Source: Eledone cirrhosa | Taxonomy: Eukaryota | Assembly: GCA_964016885.1 (NCBI GenBank) | Contig: OZ024752.1 | Span: forward strand, 33,418,001-33,482,000 | Length of the DNA: 64,000 nucleotides | Reading direction: 5' to 3' | Shown here: piece by piece, positions 41,693 to 57,401 of the stretch | Layout: each line of letters opens with the position of its first letter | Position numbering within the stretch: the stretch's first letter is position 1 | Program-made: the position numbers and the translations under genes | The notes under the pieces: model-generated | What the model saw: the letters and a program-made list of their open reading frames with translations, nothing else | Told to the model about the DNA's origin: nothing | Database searches by the model: none

Positions 41693-44600
41693 GGCTGCAA
41701 ACTAAGAGTACTGCAATCGCTTGTCAAATTATAGAGTTTGGTGCCCTTTTAGGGGCTACAGTCAGCCACATGACCAATTCCACTCTCTGAGCATCGGAAA
41801 CACTACCCGAAAAAGGAGAACTGGTCAACATCATCAGATGTTTCCGAAGTCGCAAGTTTCCCTCTCCTAGAAAGGTGTTGTGACAACTGGGGACCTTTCA
41901 CTCCCAGGTGAAAAAAAAAAGAAAGTGCTACATGGATGGTCGTTGACTCTGCTGAGTTCCTCCGCCCTTTGCCTAGTCTTGCATTTCATCCCGCAGGTTG
42001 TCCAAACATCAGCCCCCTCACCAAGCAAGCTTGGTGGGGTTGCTGGTTTAGTTGCCGATGATCCAACCAAGAGACAGGTTGTACTGGGTTACATGTTACC
42101 AGTAGCACTCGAGAGCGACCTGATGTAACATATATATATATATATATATATATACACACGTAGAAACCATGTATGCAATATTCCAGATGAACCTTATACC
42201 AAAGTTGACAGTTAAAAGACTAAATGTAAATGAGATTTCACAGGTTATTAACAAAAGCTGTGTATAGACAAATGTAAATTATATATGAGAGAATAAAACG
42301 TGTGAAATATAATTTCTATGAATGAAAAAAAAAAAAAAAACCCAGTTTATCTTAATCAGTAACTTTTTATTCCCTTTCCAAATTACCTCTCATAATAACA
42401 GCATAAAAACTGATTATTCTCCATATTTTTAGCAATTCGTTAGTTGAAGCCCATTCTAAACACAAGGCTCATTAGGTCGGTGCTTATCTCCAGTTTCCTT
42501 GGCGTTAATCAACTGAGAGTATAAGATTCTCCCTGGATAGGACGCCGGTCTATCGCAGGATTAACTTCCCAGCTACTGCTGGAACACACCCTCAGCTGAA
42601 TGTACTGGAGCAACGTGAAATAAAGTGCTTTGTTCAAGAACACAACGCAGTCCAGGAATCGAACCAATGACATTATGATCGTGGGTCGAACATCCTAACC
42701 ATTAGGCCAAGACCATTAAAAAAAAAAATTAAACAAAAAGGATAATTTCAGCAATGTACATACCTGCTTGTACAAGCACAGCCAGCTTCTAGGACCATGT
42801 CTGCTAAGGAGGCTTCATTCTGGAAATTAAATTTATTTTATTAGTCTTTCAAGTTAGATAAAATAAAAAAATACTAAAATACAAACAAGGCAGTGAATTA
42901 ATAACATTTTAATACTTTCAGTAGCTAAATTATATAAAAATGGATTATCTACTATTCTTCTCTGCTCATTTATTCCTGGGAATGTTGTGGGGGCAGGGTC
43001 CCTCTAACACTCCTTCCAGTAGGCCCTGTCAGAGGCAATCGTCTCCGGTTGATCTGGCTAGATCCCTAAGCAAGACCAGTCGAGCTCATGACAGGTTATC
43101 CAACCATCTTGCTCAGAGTCTACCCGTGGGTCTCCTGCCAGTTGGTTTTGCCATTAAAATCTGTCCAGCAATTCTCCCCGAGACATTCTAACCATATGTC
43201 CTTTGTATCAGAGTTTTGATCTCTCTAAATTCTTGCACAAAACATAAGATAATAAAACTTGAAATTTCCACTATTTTCTTCATAGTTTGTTTACTCCTTT
43301 TATCATTAACATTATTACACTTGGTTTGAAAATTATCTATTTCTTAGCTTAATAATTACCTATGTAACAAACTGTTAAAGTTAAAACAGTGAAAAAAAAA
43401 AAAAAAAATTAAGTAAACCACAGTCTACGCCTTTGAGTCTACGTCTTCAAAATAATTTTGCATTAATTAGAATTATACTGTATAGCAAAGAGGTTTAAAA
43501 AAAACTGGCATTTAGCAAGCAATTTTCTGATTTTCCTAAGACAGAAAAAAGCTAATAGATAAAAAGTCAAATTACATTGGCACTAGTGTATAACTGGTAT
43601 TTATTTTATCAGTGCTGGAAATATATACGCTAAACACTGTGGTAAGATTAAAACTCAGTGTCCAAAGATACTGAAATGTATTTTACTATCTCTTCTGTCT
43701 TAATAATTTCAATATGTCACTTGTTTCCAGCTACTGTATAAGACAATTGTAAAACAACTTACCATAGATACAGGCATGGTGAAAGTATCTGAAAATGTTT
43801 CTAAACTAATATCTTCTGTTTCTGGATATAGCAATGGACTTAAAACAATAGGGACACGCGCCCTTGGAAAATCTAGACACAGGAAAATGAAAAAAAAAAA
43901 AGGAACAATTATTTAAATTCTATATATATATGAGAGAGAGATAACAATAAAAACAATTTCATAAATTAATAATAGTTTCTGATTTAGACAGAAGGCTAAC
44001 AATTCTGGGGAAAAGGAAAGTCGATTAAATTGACCCCACTGCATTACTGGTACTTTATTTTATCGACCCTATAAGGATAAAAAGTAAAGCTAACCATGGC
44101 AAGATTTGAACTCAGAACCTAAAGAGACGTAACTATGCCACAAAGTATGTTGTCCAATGCTCTACTTATTCTACTGCCAATCCACCAACACTTATAATGT
44201 AATAATGAAATCAATGACTTGACTCTTAACATCTAAAGTCAGAAACAAAATCTCATCCAACCAGAGAAATAGAATTATTGCTTAAGTAGAATAAAATATA
44301 GCTGAGCCCTGCAATGTACTATTTAAAACAAAAATAGGGAGCTTAACCTAAATCAAACCTCGATTAAGAAATAAAAAAAGTGACACAATGTCAAATCTTT
44401 AATCAGTAATCAATAATTCTTGTCTTTCATGGTCTGCTGATTTCCTCAATCTAGAATTTATTCCTATTCACAACATCTACATCTTTATTTTTCATTTAAT
44501 TCATAGTTCTAATCTCACCAAAATATGGTTGTTATATACGAAGGTCAGCTGACCAAGATACTCCCATCATCACTGCAATACTGGTTCCCAGCCAAGTGTT

Positions 44601-47600
44601 TTTTCAAGTTGGGAAACATAATCAGCTGGGGTCAAATCAAGAGAATAGAGAGGATGATCAACCAGTTCAAAGTCACAGTCATGTACAACAGCCATTGGAA
44701 CCAAGGACTTGTGTACTGGAGCACTGTCCTGATGATACAAGACCTGGATGTTTGGTCTTGATAGCCTTTTGTAGCCGAGTTACAGAGACAATAATTTTAA
44801 GTGTTCATTACATTACTTCCAACCACTATCAAGGTTTCCATTTTTGCTTATGAATGTTTCAGTTGCTACTATAATCAATTATAAACCCTCCTGTCTAAAC
44901 AAGGGCACAAAATAAGGAAGGAAAACAATCAAGAAACCAGACCTCATTCGCTTACCAAGTGGGTTGGAACTCATTAAATCAGACCAAGGAAACAATGTTT
45001 CCATTGCTGATAGTACTTATCAGTTGCAACTCCTGGCAGAAAGAGCAACATGAAATAAATAAAGTTTCTTGCTCAAGAACATAACGCATCAGCCAGTCCA
45101 GTGTATATAGAGTAATGTAAATGCTAAAGGGTTAAATAATTGGCATTCATAGAATTACAAATCTTACCTTTACGTAAAGTATTTAAAAATGCCTCTTTCT
45201 GGTCAGCTCCAATTCCAAGTTGATCTTTTCCCCGAACAAGATGGGTTAAAAGAAGATGTAATCCCTCAATAGCAATGTCTTGTAATCCACCTTCCTGCCT
45301 CACATTAGTATCTGTTCAGAAGAAATGAAGGGGAATATTCTACATATTAGTAAGATTTAACTAAGTAACAGAGAGAAATTCTTAGCTGGAAATTGGCAAG
45401 ATCATTCACTCACAATGTCTTCAAATTCAGGTAGTGAGAAAACCATATGTTACCATATAAGTAGTCCCAATTGCAATTAAGGAGTCTTAGAAGGAATGAA
45501 CTAATTATTTCACAGAAATCTAAGACACGGAAAACCTAAAAAAATGTTAAATCTTCATCAACCTGACAGTCATCATTCATTAACTTCAATAATTAGAAAA
45601 TACAAACACCAGCATAACATTTTTGCCAACAAAAATTTTTAAAAACCTATCATTTAAAATTCCTATGGGAAAATGCATTAAAATCCTTTATCTTTTATTC
45701 AATTTTATAAATTTTCAAACTCCATGCCTTAATTTTGAACTATATGTATAAGGAAGAAACAAAAAAAAAACAGTTGAACATATTTTTATATCCCTTAGTT
45801 ACTAAATATATTAAAACTTAATAAGTACAAGAGGTTTTAACAGGTTTACTGGTCAATAAAAAGAAAAAAAATCATGACCAACACCCACTTTGCATTGGTA
45901 TGAGAGTTTAGCAGCAAAAAATATTCCTCTCACAGTTCTACAAAGTGGATTGCAAATGAATATATATATTACTCTAGTTGTTTGGGTGCTAGAATAAGTA
46001 ATTTTACTATGGTAGAAGTTTCTCCAAGCTAAAGAAACAGGATTTAAGCTCAAAAATAATTCAAATTTTGGCAATCTAAAAATATATATGTATAAGTATA
46101 ATCTATATTTTTAGATATTTTTTCCTAAGTTGCCCATGAACAACTATATGAAAAGTACTACAAAAAGAAATATTAAAAGCCTTCAGCATACAAACCTGCA
46201 TCTACGTAAGATCTCAATAAATCAGGTAATTTCTGCTTAACAAAGTTGGCCGCGTAATTCTGAGTATCCGGATTGGATGAATTCAATAAAGCCAAGCCAA
46301 ATACCACCTCTTGCACTCTGGTCAACTTTAAAACTTTACTCAGTTGTGGGAATAACTGAGGACTTGCCTTCAAAGACTACCCATGGAAGAAAAAATAAAA
46401 ATATAATAAAGAAGTTGATATTAAAAGAATATTAAGTTTTTTTTAATTAAAACCAAGATATTTTGTTTTATGAAACTGAAGACTTTATAAATATTTCATA
46501 TTCCACACAATTTATATAAGGTTATTTATTTAAGTTAGGGTGTTTTCATTAACAATAAACTGCAATGTTTATAGTTAATCAAAGATAATTAAGACCCATG
46601 TCATTAAGATAAGTTTGGGCAGGATTATTTTAAGTAAAATTTAATTATTAGAAAGTGAAATATGGAAAGGAAAAAAATAAACAAACCTTTTGATGTTGTA
46701 ATGGATTGTCAATTACGTAACAAAGGGTTGAAACAAAATTAGGTTTACTGAACAGGGATGTAAACTCTTGTATCAAATACTGGGTCTGAAAAATATACAA
46801 GAAATACATAAATTTACATGTACCTAGATAGCTTTTATAATAAACATTCATTGAATGGAGAACACAAACCAAAATATTTATACTTTTGGTTTTTTTTCTA
46901 AGGCTAAATACATAAATCATTTACAAGTTCTCCAAAATAGTTTTGATAAGTTAAAAGTATTTCAAGCCAATCATAGGTGAGGTTCCCATGGATTGTGCTG
47001 GATGTCTCCTGCTCCAAGCAACAATGACAGTCACTAGTATGCAAGAAATCAAGCCTTTATCTGTCTGGTTCAATGGATTGTAAACCAGTTTGACCTCTGG
47101 TGCAGAAATAGAAGATTTGGATGCCTGGAAAAGTTCACTTGGTTGATACAGTTCCTACACACTGGCACAAGATCTCAGGTAACACCTGCGAACTCAAACT
47201 CTGCACAGTTTGATGTTACAGCGAGAATCAAGCATAGCTGCATGCAACTACAAATTTATTTTTTCTTTATTAGTTGATGATGCTTCATAAGGTATTCTGC
47301 AACTCAACCAAAGGTGTATACATACAGACAAGCCCTGATTCTAGCCATTCCAAAGTGTTGCGCATCAAAACTAAGACAAAAAAAAAAACCTTAGAAAATT
47401 GTTTGTTGTTGATTATGTCTGTTTTCTATAGTGCAAAGGTTGGTAGATGCTTTTGTCAGTGCAGCCACAAATTCAATCTAAAAATTAACATCTGGAGGAC
47501 TGAATTTCATTAACAACCAAATCCTGACTCGTGTCAAGTGGTACAAACTAAGGTCATCGTTATTAAATGACAGAAACAACAAGTCACTTTATATAGGAAC

Positions 47601-50600
47601 AGTACAATCAGTTATGATGGCCAGCTTAGTGACAAACTAGATCACAGAGTGAGCAAGGCCAGCTCAAACAATAAGCATTCCTAAGTTCAAGTGATGTACA
47701 AAGTATCATCCACCCTTTTATATGGATCAGAGGCATGGGAGATATACTGCAAATGGGTCAAAATAAAGTTCATGCATTCACAAAGAGACACACAAGACAG
47801 ATCACATATGGGTTGGATTGGTTTTCCTGTACTACAGTTTCACTCCACTGCTATTTCCTGGAACTTCTTCACCCATCGATCATCAATATGCATCACATAT
47901 TCATACCAGCACAGTCTTCTCTCTTGCAGACTACATCAGATTCCTCTTATAACTAGGTTTTCTCAGTTCATCATTGCTCTGTCATTCGTGCATGCGAACA
48001 TTACACATCCAAAAGAGCATGCTCTCTTAATTTCTCTCAAGCTTCCATATATCCTGTGCATTTACCACCCACTTCTCATGCAGGCATCATACAATCTATC
48101 TTTTGCTGTTGACAGACATAGTAGCTCCTTAACCCTTTAGCATTTACATTACTCTATATAAACTATTGTATTTTCACAGTAACGGCTTTACCTTGCATAA
48201 TTATCACAAATAATATCGAATCTATGAGATTTTAATATTCATTTTAAGAACAATACATTAACATCAGTATGAGGGGCCTCTGGCGCCAGTTTGAACAGAA
48301 AGAGGTGAGAGAATTCTGGCCAGATATGGCCGGTTTAAATGCTAAAGGGTTAAACATCATCTTGCCTATTCTTATTCTATTGACTGACAACTTGATACAA
48401 CGATTGGTGGCTCAAAAGAGACAAGCACTATAAAGAAATTGAAACTACTGCCATATTTGCAAACAGCTCACCTTATGCCTGACAGTGTCTATATAGATAT
48501 GTGAAATATTTAACTATTTCAAAGCTATATTAACTTCTCTTTCCTTGAAAAGAGAATTAATATTTGATACTATAACCTATAATAATGATTCTGAAAAATT
48601 GGACACCTAAAATGGAGAAACATAGAATACAAAAGGGAAAACCATTGCAGTACTAAAGATAGAAAAATAATGCCTACACCACTTTCAATAATAACATGAT
48701 TGTCTAGAAATGACTTTGTAATGTAACATGAAGCTATTCTGTAAATATGTATGTAGAAAGTAGCACCTTTAAAAAAAAAAAATACACAAGACTTAACTGT
48801 CATCCGCAACTCTGTTGTCTTGCTATCTATCACCAACCATTGATTTTTTTTCTTTTACAACTCACACCATCACTAACTACCACTTCTCTCTCTCCTCATG
48901 ACACATCTACTGTTCAAGCTTGTATACAACATGTAGCTAACACTTCCCTCTCTCTCCCCATGACACATCTACTGTTCAACCATGTACCAACATGTAGCTA
49001 CCACCGCCCCCTCTCTTCCCATGATACTACTGTTCAACCATGTACCAACATATAGCTACCACTGCCATCTCTCTCCCCATGACACATCTACTGTTCAACT
49101 ATGTACCCACATGTAGCTACCACTGCCCCCTCTCTTCCCATGATACTAATGTTCAACCATGCACCAACATGTAGCAACCACTGTCATCTCTCCCCCCATG
49201 ACACCCCTACCGTTCAACCATGTACCAACATGTAGCTACCACTGCCATCTCTCCCCCATGACACCCCTACCGTTCAACCATGTACCAACATGTAGTTACC
49301 ACTGCCATCTCTCCCCAATGACACCTCTACCGTTCAACCATGTACCAACATGTAGCTACCACTGCCATCTCCCCCCCATGACACCTACTGTTCAACCATG
49401 TAGCTACCACTGCCATCTCTCCCCCCATGACACCTACTGTTCAACCATGTAGCTACCACTGCCATCTCTCCCCCCATGACACCTCTACTGTTCAAGCTTG
49501 TATAAACATGTAGCTAACACTTCCCTCTCCCCCATGACACCTCTAGTGTTCAACCATGTACCAACATGTAGCTACCACTGCCATCTCTCCCCCATGACAC
49601 CTCTACCATTCAACCATGTACCAACATGTAGCTACCACTGCCATCTCTCCCCCCATGACACCCCTACCGTTCAACCATGTAGCTACCACTGCCATCTCTC
49701 CCCCATGACACCTCTACTGTTCAACCATGTACCAACCACTGCCATCTCTCCCCCCATGACACCCCTACCGTTCAACCATGTACCAACATGTAGTTACCAC
49801 TGCCATCTCTCCCCCATGACACCTCTACCATTCAACCATGTACCAACATGTAGCTACCACTGCCATCTCTCCCCCCATGACACCCCTACCGTTCAACCAT
49901 GTACCAACATGTAGCTACCACTGCCATCTCTCCCCCATGACACCTCTACTGTTCAACCATGTACCAACCACTGCCATCTCTCCCCCCATGACACCCCTAC
50001 CGTTCAACCATGTACCAACATGTAGCTACCACTGCCATCTCTCCCCATGACACCTACTGTTCAACCATGTACCAACATGTAGCTACCACTGCCATCTCCC
50101 CCCCCCCATGACACCTACTGTTCAACCATGTAGCTACCACTGCCATCTCTCCCCCCATGACACCTCAACTGTTCAACCATGTACCAACATGTAGCTACCA
50201 CTGCCATCTCTCCCCCCATGACACCTCTACTGTTCAACCATGTACCAACATGTAGCTACCACTGCCATCTCCCCCCCCCATGACACCTACTGTTCAACCA
50301 TGTAGCTACCACTGCCATCTCTCCCCCCATGACACCTCTACTGTTCAACCATGTACCAACATGTAGCTACCACTGCCATCTCCCCCCATGACACCTCTAC
50401 TGTTCAACCATGTATAAACATGTAGCTACCACTGCCATCTCTCTCCCCATGACACTACTGTTCAACCTTGTACCAACATGTAGCTACCACTGCCATCTCT
50501 CCCCATGACACCTACCGTTCAACCATGTACCAACATGTAGCTACCACTGCCATCTCCCCCATGACACCTCTACTGTTCAACCATGTAGCTACCACTGCCA

Positions 50601-53600
50601 TCTCTCCCCCCATGAGACCTCTACTGTTCAACCATGTACCAACATGTAGCTACCACTGCCATCTCCCCCCATGACACCCCTACCGTTCAACCATGTACCA
50701 ACATGTAGCTACCACTGCCATCTCCCCCCATGACACCTCTACTGTTCAACCATGCACCAACATGTAGCTACCACTACCATCTCTCTCCCCCCATGACACC
50801 TCTACTGTTCAACCATGCACCAACATGTAGCTACCACTGCCATCTCTCCCCCCATGACACCTCTACTGTTCAACCATGTACCAACATGTAGCTACCACTG
50901 CCATCTCTCTCCCCATGACACCTCTACTGTTCAACCTTGTACCAACATGTAGCTACCACTGCCATCTCTCCCCCATGACACCTCTACTGTTCAACCTTGT
51001 ACCAACATGTAGCTACCACTGCCATCTCTCCCCATGACACCTACTGTTCAACCATGTACCAACATGTAGCTACCACTGCCATCTCTCCCCCATGACACCT
51101 CTACTGTTCAACCATGTACCAACATGTAGCTACCACTGCCATCTCTCCCCCCATGACACCTCTACTGTTCAACCATGTACCAACATGTAGCTACCACTGC
51201 CATCTCTCCCCCATGACACCTCTACTGTTCAACCTTGTACCAACATGTAGCTACCACTGCCATCTCTCCCCCATGACACCTCTACTGTTCAACCTTGTAC
51301 CAACATGTAGCTACCACTGCCATCTCTCCCCATGACACCTACTGTTCAACCATGTACCAACATGTAGCTACCACTGCCATCTCTCCCCCATGACACCTCT
51401 ACTGTTCAACCATGTACCAACATGTAGCTACCACTGCCATCTCTCCCCCCATGACACCTCTACTGTTCAACCATGTACCAACATGTAGCTACCACTGCCA
51501 TCTCTCTCCCCATGACACCTCTACTGTTCAACCTTGTACCAACATGTAGCTACCACTGCCATCTCTCCCCCATGACACCTCTACTGTTCAACCTTGTACC
51601 AACATGTAGCTACCACTGCCATCTCTCCCCATGACACCTACTGTTCAACCATGTACCAACATGTAGCTACCACTGCCATCTCTCCCCCATGACACCTCTA
51701 CTGTTCAACCATGTACCAACATGTAGCTACCACTGCCATCTCTCCCCCCATGACACCTCTACTGTTCAACCATGTACCAACATGTAGCTACCACTGCCAT
51801 CTCTCTCCCCATGACACCTCTACTGTTCAACCTTGTACCAACATGTAGCTACCACTGCCATCTCTCCCCCATGACACCTCTACTGTTCAACCTTGTACCA
51901 ACATGTAGCTACCACTGCCATCTCTCCCCATGACACCTACTGTTCAACCATGTACCAACATGTAGCTGCCACTGCCATCTCTCTCCCCATGACACCTCTA
52001 CTGTTCAACCTTGTACCAACATGTAGCTATCACTGCCATCTCTCCCCATGATACTACTGTTCAACCATGTACCAACATGTAGCTACCACTGCCCTCTCTT
52101 CCCATGATACTACTGTTCAACCATGTACCAACATATAGCTACTACTGCCATCTCTCCCCATGACACCTCTACTGTTCAACCTTGTACCAACATGTAGCTA
52201 CCACTACCATCTCTCTCCCCATGACACCTACTGTTCAACCATGTAGCTACCACTGCCATCTCTCCCCCCATGACACCTACTGTTCAACCATGTAGCTACC
52301 ACTGCCATCTCTCCCCCCATGACACCTCTACTGTTCAACCATGCACCAACATGTAGCTACCACTACCATCTCTCTCCCCCCATGACACCTCTACTGTTCA
52401 ACCATGCACCAACATGTAGCTACCACTGCCATCTCACCCCCATGACACCTCTACTGTTCAACCATGCACCAACATGTAGCTACCACTGCCATCTCACCCC
52501 CCATGACACCTCTACTGTTCAACCATGTACCAACATGTAGCTACCACTGCCATCTCTTCCCCATGACACTACTGTTCAACCATGCACCAACATGTAGCTA
52601 CCACTGCCATCTCACCCCCCATGACACCTCTACTGTTCAACCATGTACCAACATGTAGCTACCACTGCCATCTCTTCCCCATGACACCTCTACTGTTCAA
52701 CCATGTACCAACATGTAGCTACCACTGCCCCCTCTCTTCCCATTTAACTTTTTCAAATGATGGTCTCAGCAACTTTAAAAGAATAGAGAGGAGTCATTTG
52801 CCAAAGAGGGGCAAATGTCTCTAGTGTTGGCAGCATAAAATGTGCTTAATAACTTAGTACACACTGTAAAGTGGTTAACAAAGAGAAAAAACATAAGGTA
52901 GAAAAAGAGAGAGAGAGAGAGGCACATTAGTCTTGCCAAGGACATTACAACCTTTCTAGTGATGATGCCATGGTTGGATGGCTTCAGGAAGAGCAACCAG
53001 CCATAAAATCCATGCTAAAATTTGGTACAGTCCTGTGATGCATTTAAGAGCACAGCAACTAAAGCACTGACTCAAACTGTAACAACCCATCCAAGCACAG
53101 AAATGTAAGCATAAAATGATAACCCTCAAAATTAGCTGAAGCTCTACTTAGAGAGTATTTAGTACACAACAAATCAACAAAATTTGATCCATTGTCACTT
53201 ATACTCTATAGAATCAAAGCTTAATGCTATTCTGACTAGTCTTTAAATGTTACCATTAACAAATTACAACAGCTAAATTATAGAAGTTTAGAATAGACAT
53301 TACACATTTAGTTTTATATTTTGCTTTTCCATCTTTACAAAGGTTAAAATAATCTTTTTAAACCCTTTATAAAGGATTAAATCTTAGATGAAATCCAATT
53401 TGTTTCAAGTTTTTTGGCTTACCTCAACCATCAACACCCAAAACTGCCATTCAGCTTGATCTGCTTATTCTAGTCTTGTCCACATCAATCACCTCACTTT
53501 GCAGATTTTATCTCTAAGAACTTTTTTTCTCAAATGATTTGGGCTAAATTCAGCTCAAGTTTATACTGCACATCCAGCTTGTTCCTCTCTACGAGACAAG

Positions 53601-56407
53601 TATAGGTTCTTTCACTAACACATACATTACAAAACTGTATTCTTCATACATTAATGTAGCTCATGCAACATCTTCTCTAGCAAATTCTAAAATTATAAAA
53701 TACCACTATCTTCGAGATAAATTTTTTTTTAAATTGGCTTTTCATTATAGAAAGGGAAAAAAAAAAAAATTTAAATGCTGTTTTAAGTGGCTTTCAAACA
53801 TGTTAAGTTGTTTTGTGTTGAAAGAGCTAAAAACTCCTACATGTGCAGTTAATGGAGTCTAGATGATAAACAGCTTTGTATAAGAAGTTGTTCCAACAGC
53901 TACTGACTAAACTAACATGTAAATAGACTCCCAACACTGGATGTTTAATTTACTAGACATTCCTAACAATAGCAAAAGGATGACATTGACTCACTTATTC
54001 CTTTTCTCAAAAATTGTTAACCAAAGGTTTTGTAATATGAATCTTATAATTTATTAATGCCTACAGATGAATATGCAAATGTTTGAGAAAAGATACTATC
54101 ATGAACAAATGTTCAATATCAAGACCAAGTCATTCATTCTCAACTACACCAAGAATATTTCAGCCACATCTCAGACAAACCAAAGAACTGTTCATACAGA
54201 ACATTTGGAAATTCTAATCTATGTTGTACTCACAGAAACCTGAATCTCTCAATATGTTTTTAAATATACTTAGCATTATACAAAATCCAAGAATAACAAC
54301 AAATAAAAAATTTTTTTTTAATATAAAGTTCAAAATGAAATGAAACTTACTTGATGAAAATCTTTTCCGCCACTCTTACCATCGCCACTGAAATCAACGT
54401 GAGAAAAGAGGCAGCGGAAAAGGTACCGGTCTGCATCAGCACAGTGTACACTCGTTAGCTGGAAAATTGGAAAATAAGGTTTTGATAAAAGTGAACCTAA
54501 TATCAACAACAAATTAAGGCACGAAGTAGTCCCATTACACAAACGTACAGTCAAACTAAACTGAAGTAAAATAATAATGGTTTCTGATTTAGGCACATGG
54601 CCAATAATTTGTGGGGAGGGAAAGTCAATTACATCGAGCCCAGTGCATTACTGGTACTTTATCAACCCCAAATGGATGAAAGACAATTGACCACAGCAGG
54701 ATTTGACCTCAGGACATAGAAAGTCATAGCAACTAACTACCTCAAAGTATGATGTCCAAAGCTCTACTGATTCTACCAATCTACCACCTTTGTAATGTAA
54801 AGTCAATGACAAAGTTTCTAAAATGCATTAAATTTTAAGCTTCACACAATCTTTCATTAACTCTTAACACCCTGTAATGATCCAGCAGAAAATATGTAAA
54901 AGCAAGTTTGTTAATTGAAATGCTGATAGAACAGATCATTGTGAAAATGTGCAGTATTAGCATATAGACTAATTTTTAATACGATGCAGTCATTGTGCTG
55001 CTTTGTATATTCCAAGAATGCCATTTTCATTTTGTACAAGATGTTAAGAGTTAAAAATAACAAGAAACAAAACAATTTTCTTGACATTGTATTTAAGGCT
55101 TAAATGACTCCATTGATTACAAAGTGCATATCAAGTGTTGCATCAGCTTGAACAAATTAGAATAAGTCGAGAAACATGATACTAACAAATCAAAGAACTG
55201 CTTATGTTATGAAACTAAACATTTTAAAATACACATATTTACATAAATTAGAACTGTCCTTTATAATTTTACCTCAGAATATATTAAGTTGTGTTCCAAA
55301 CACCAGCTTACTAACAAAGTTATTTTATTCAAACCACACCAGACTGGGAAATTTCTCAAATATGGTAATGAAAGAGTTAGGAATTATATAAATTCCATGT
55401 GAATAATTTCCCCACCAACATGTCTAAAAGAACTGATTTACAAAACTAAAGAACTTTACTCTAAGTTCTTTCTGTACAAACTAACTAATGCTCCCCATGT
55501 CAAAACTTTTCCTTTGCCAATCAACTCTTACTCGTTCCAGCTGGAGCACCATGTAAAATCAATTTTATATACATATCTAAATCCTTTTAGTCACTACATC
55601 TCCAGAAATTCTGACAACTGTACATGTAAAATGAGAACAGTTTTGCAAAGTAATCTATAAAAAAAAAAACAACAAACTAATAAAAATTCTGATAGATTTT
55701 CTATCACTTTAAATTCACACACCTATTTTCTGTTACTAATCGTGAGATAGCGAGTAAATAAATACATGGTCACTGCTATAAATAACCATTAGTGGATGTA
55801 CTAAAACATTTTAAAACCATTTAAGTACAAGAAAAAATGTCGAACTCTGAAATTTATCTCAAATCAGTTTTTAATAAATGGTTACATAACAGCATGACAT
55901 TACAGGTGCTGTGTTTAATAGTATTATATAAAGCCATATATATAGGTGGATTCCCGATGTATAGCAGGAGGTGACTACAGTCTAAAAAGAAAGGTACTCA
56001 ATACTTTAGTTGGGTATATTTTATTATGGAAATTACTTCAACAGGACTAGAACCGTTTCATTCGCAAAAAATCATAGGGAAAGAGAGCTTATTTAGTTTT
56101 TATTGAAGTCCATACACTTAACATGTATGCATGACCTTAGGTTTTGGGAGTCCAGTTATGGCAACCACCGAGTAGCGATCCTAAAACAGGCCTTTCCTCA
56201 GGCGCAAGGACAAAAATTTGCCAAAATATTTGTCCTTGCGCTTGACGAGAGAGAGGCCAGTTCTAGAACTGGCTACTCCACTAGGCAGTTGCCATAACTG
56301 GACTCCCGAAACCTAAGGTCGTGCATACATGCCAAGTGTATGAACTTTAATAAAAACGCCAGGTGGTGCTATTAAGTTAGACATGGCCTGGGCCAATATT
56401 GGCCGAA

Positions 56408-56439
<32 letters not shown>

Positions 56440-57363
56440 TACGCAATATACAGATGAATATTTAAATGGCCGTCAAACAACTTTCACATTTAAAACAATC
56501 GACTAATTTAAACTCTGCACTTTCTATTTCACATTATCAGGTGATAATGTGAAAGCAAGCGTAATCCTCTTCATCAGCACATTTTGTATTAGGAGAGCTT
56601 CAACGTTCAGTACAATGGATACAGATTTAGTTTATTAATGAAACTAGAGACAAACTAATATGTATTGAGGACAGTTTAACACTACCGTTGATGCTCTATT
56701 TATACACAAAACAAATGTGTTTTTTACCTCATTCGTCAGCTGTCCCAATCTAATTAAATACATTTTCATATATAAGGTATCTTCAATTTAGAAACAGTAC
56801 ACTCTATACTGTCCTCAAATGTATGAATAATTATTTCTATAACTTCCAAGTTCAAATTAAAATGATTTTTATTGGATCCTAGAAATGACAAACTAATTCG
56901 TCTCAGGTCTATTCATATTTAATACAGGTATATACAACGCGGAATTTGCTTCCAAATAATCAAAGATTATTTCATTATTGCCATATAATATATATAGCAC
57001 GTGCAAAATATTTCTAGCTGATCGAACTCCAAAGACACTGAATCAAACATTTTTTAAAAAATATTTATGATAGAATTAATAAATGATCAAATCGAACGAG
57101 ATAGTTTCTGAAATGTTTTCAATCAAGCTGGTAATATAAATACAATTTATTCAACCTTAATCTATGTACTAAGAGGATATTTTCTGATGTGTTTATTATA
57201 CATGTCTCTGAAGGCCGTTATGCGCATGTATGAATAAATGTGTGTGTGTGTGTGTATATGTATGTATGTAGTAATAAGTCAATGGCTGAGCTCTTGCCGT
57301 TTCGACAGCAAATTCCAGACACTACTATGAGTAATCTGCTGAATACTGATCTTACTCGTTTGA

Positions 57364-57401
<38 letters not shown>

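Noticed and set aside
48747-52824. Repetitive [20 protein letters not shown] ORFs
   Set aside because: Minisatellite translations with frequent frame breaks, antisense within intron 2.
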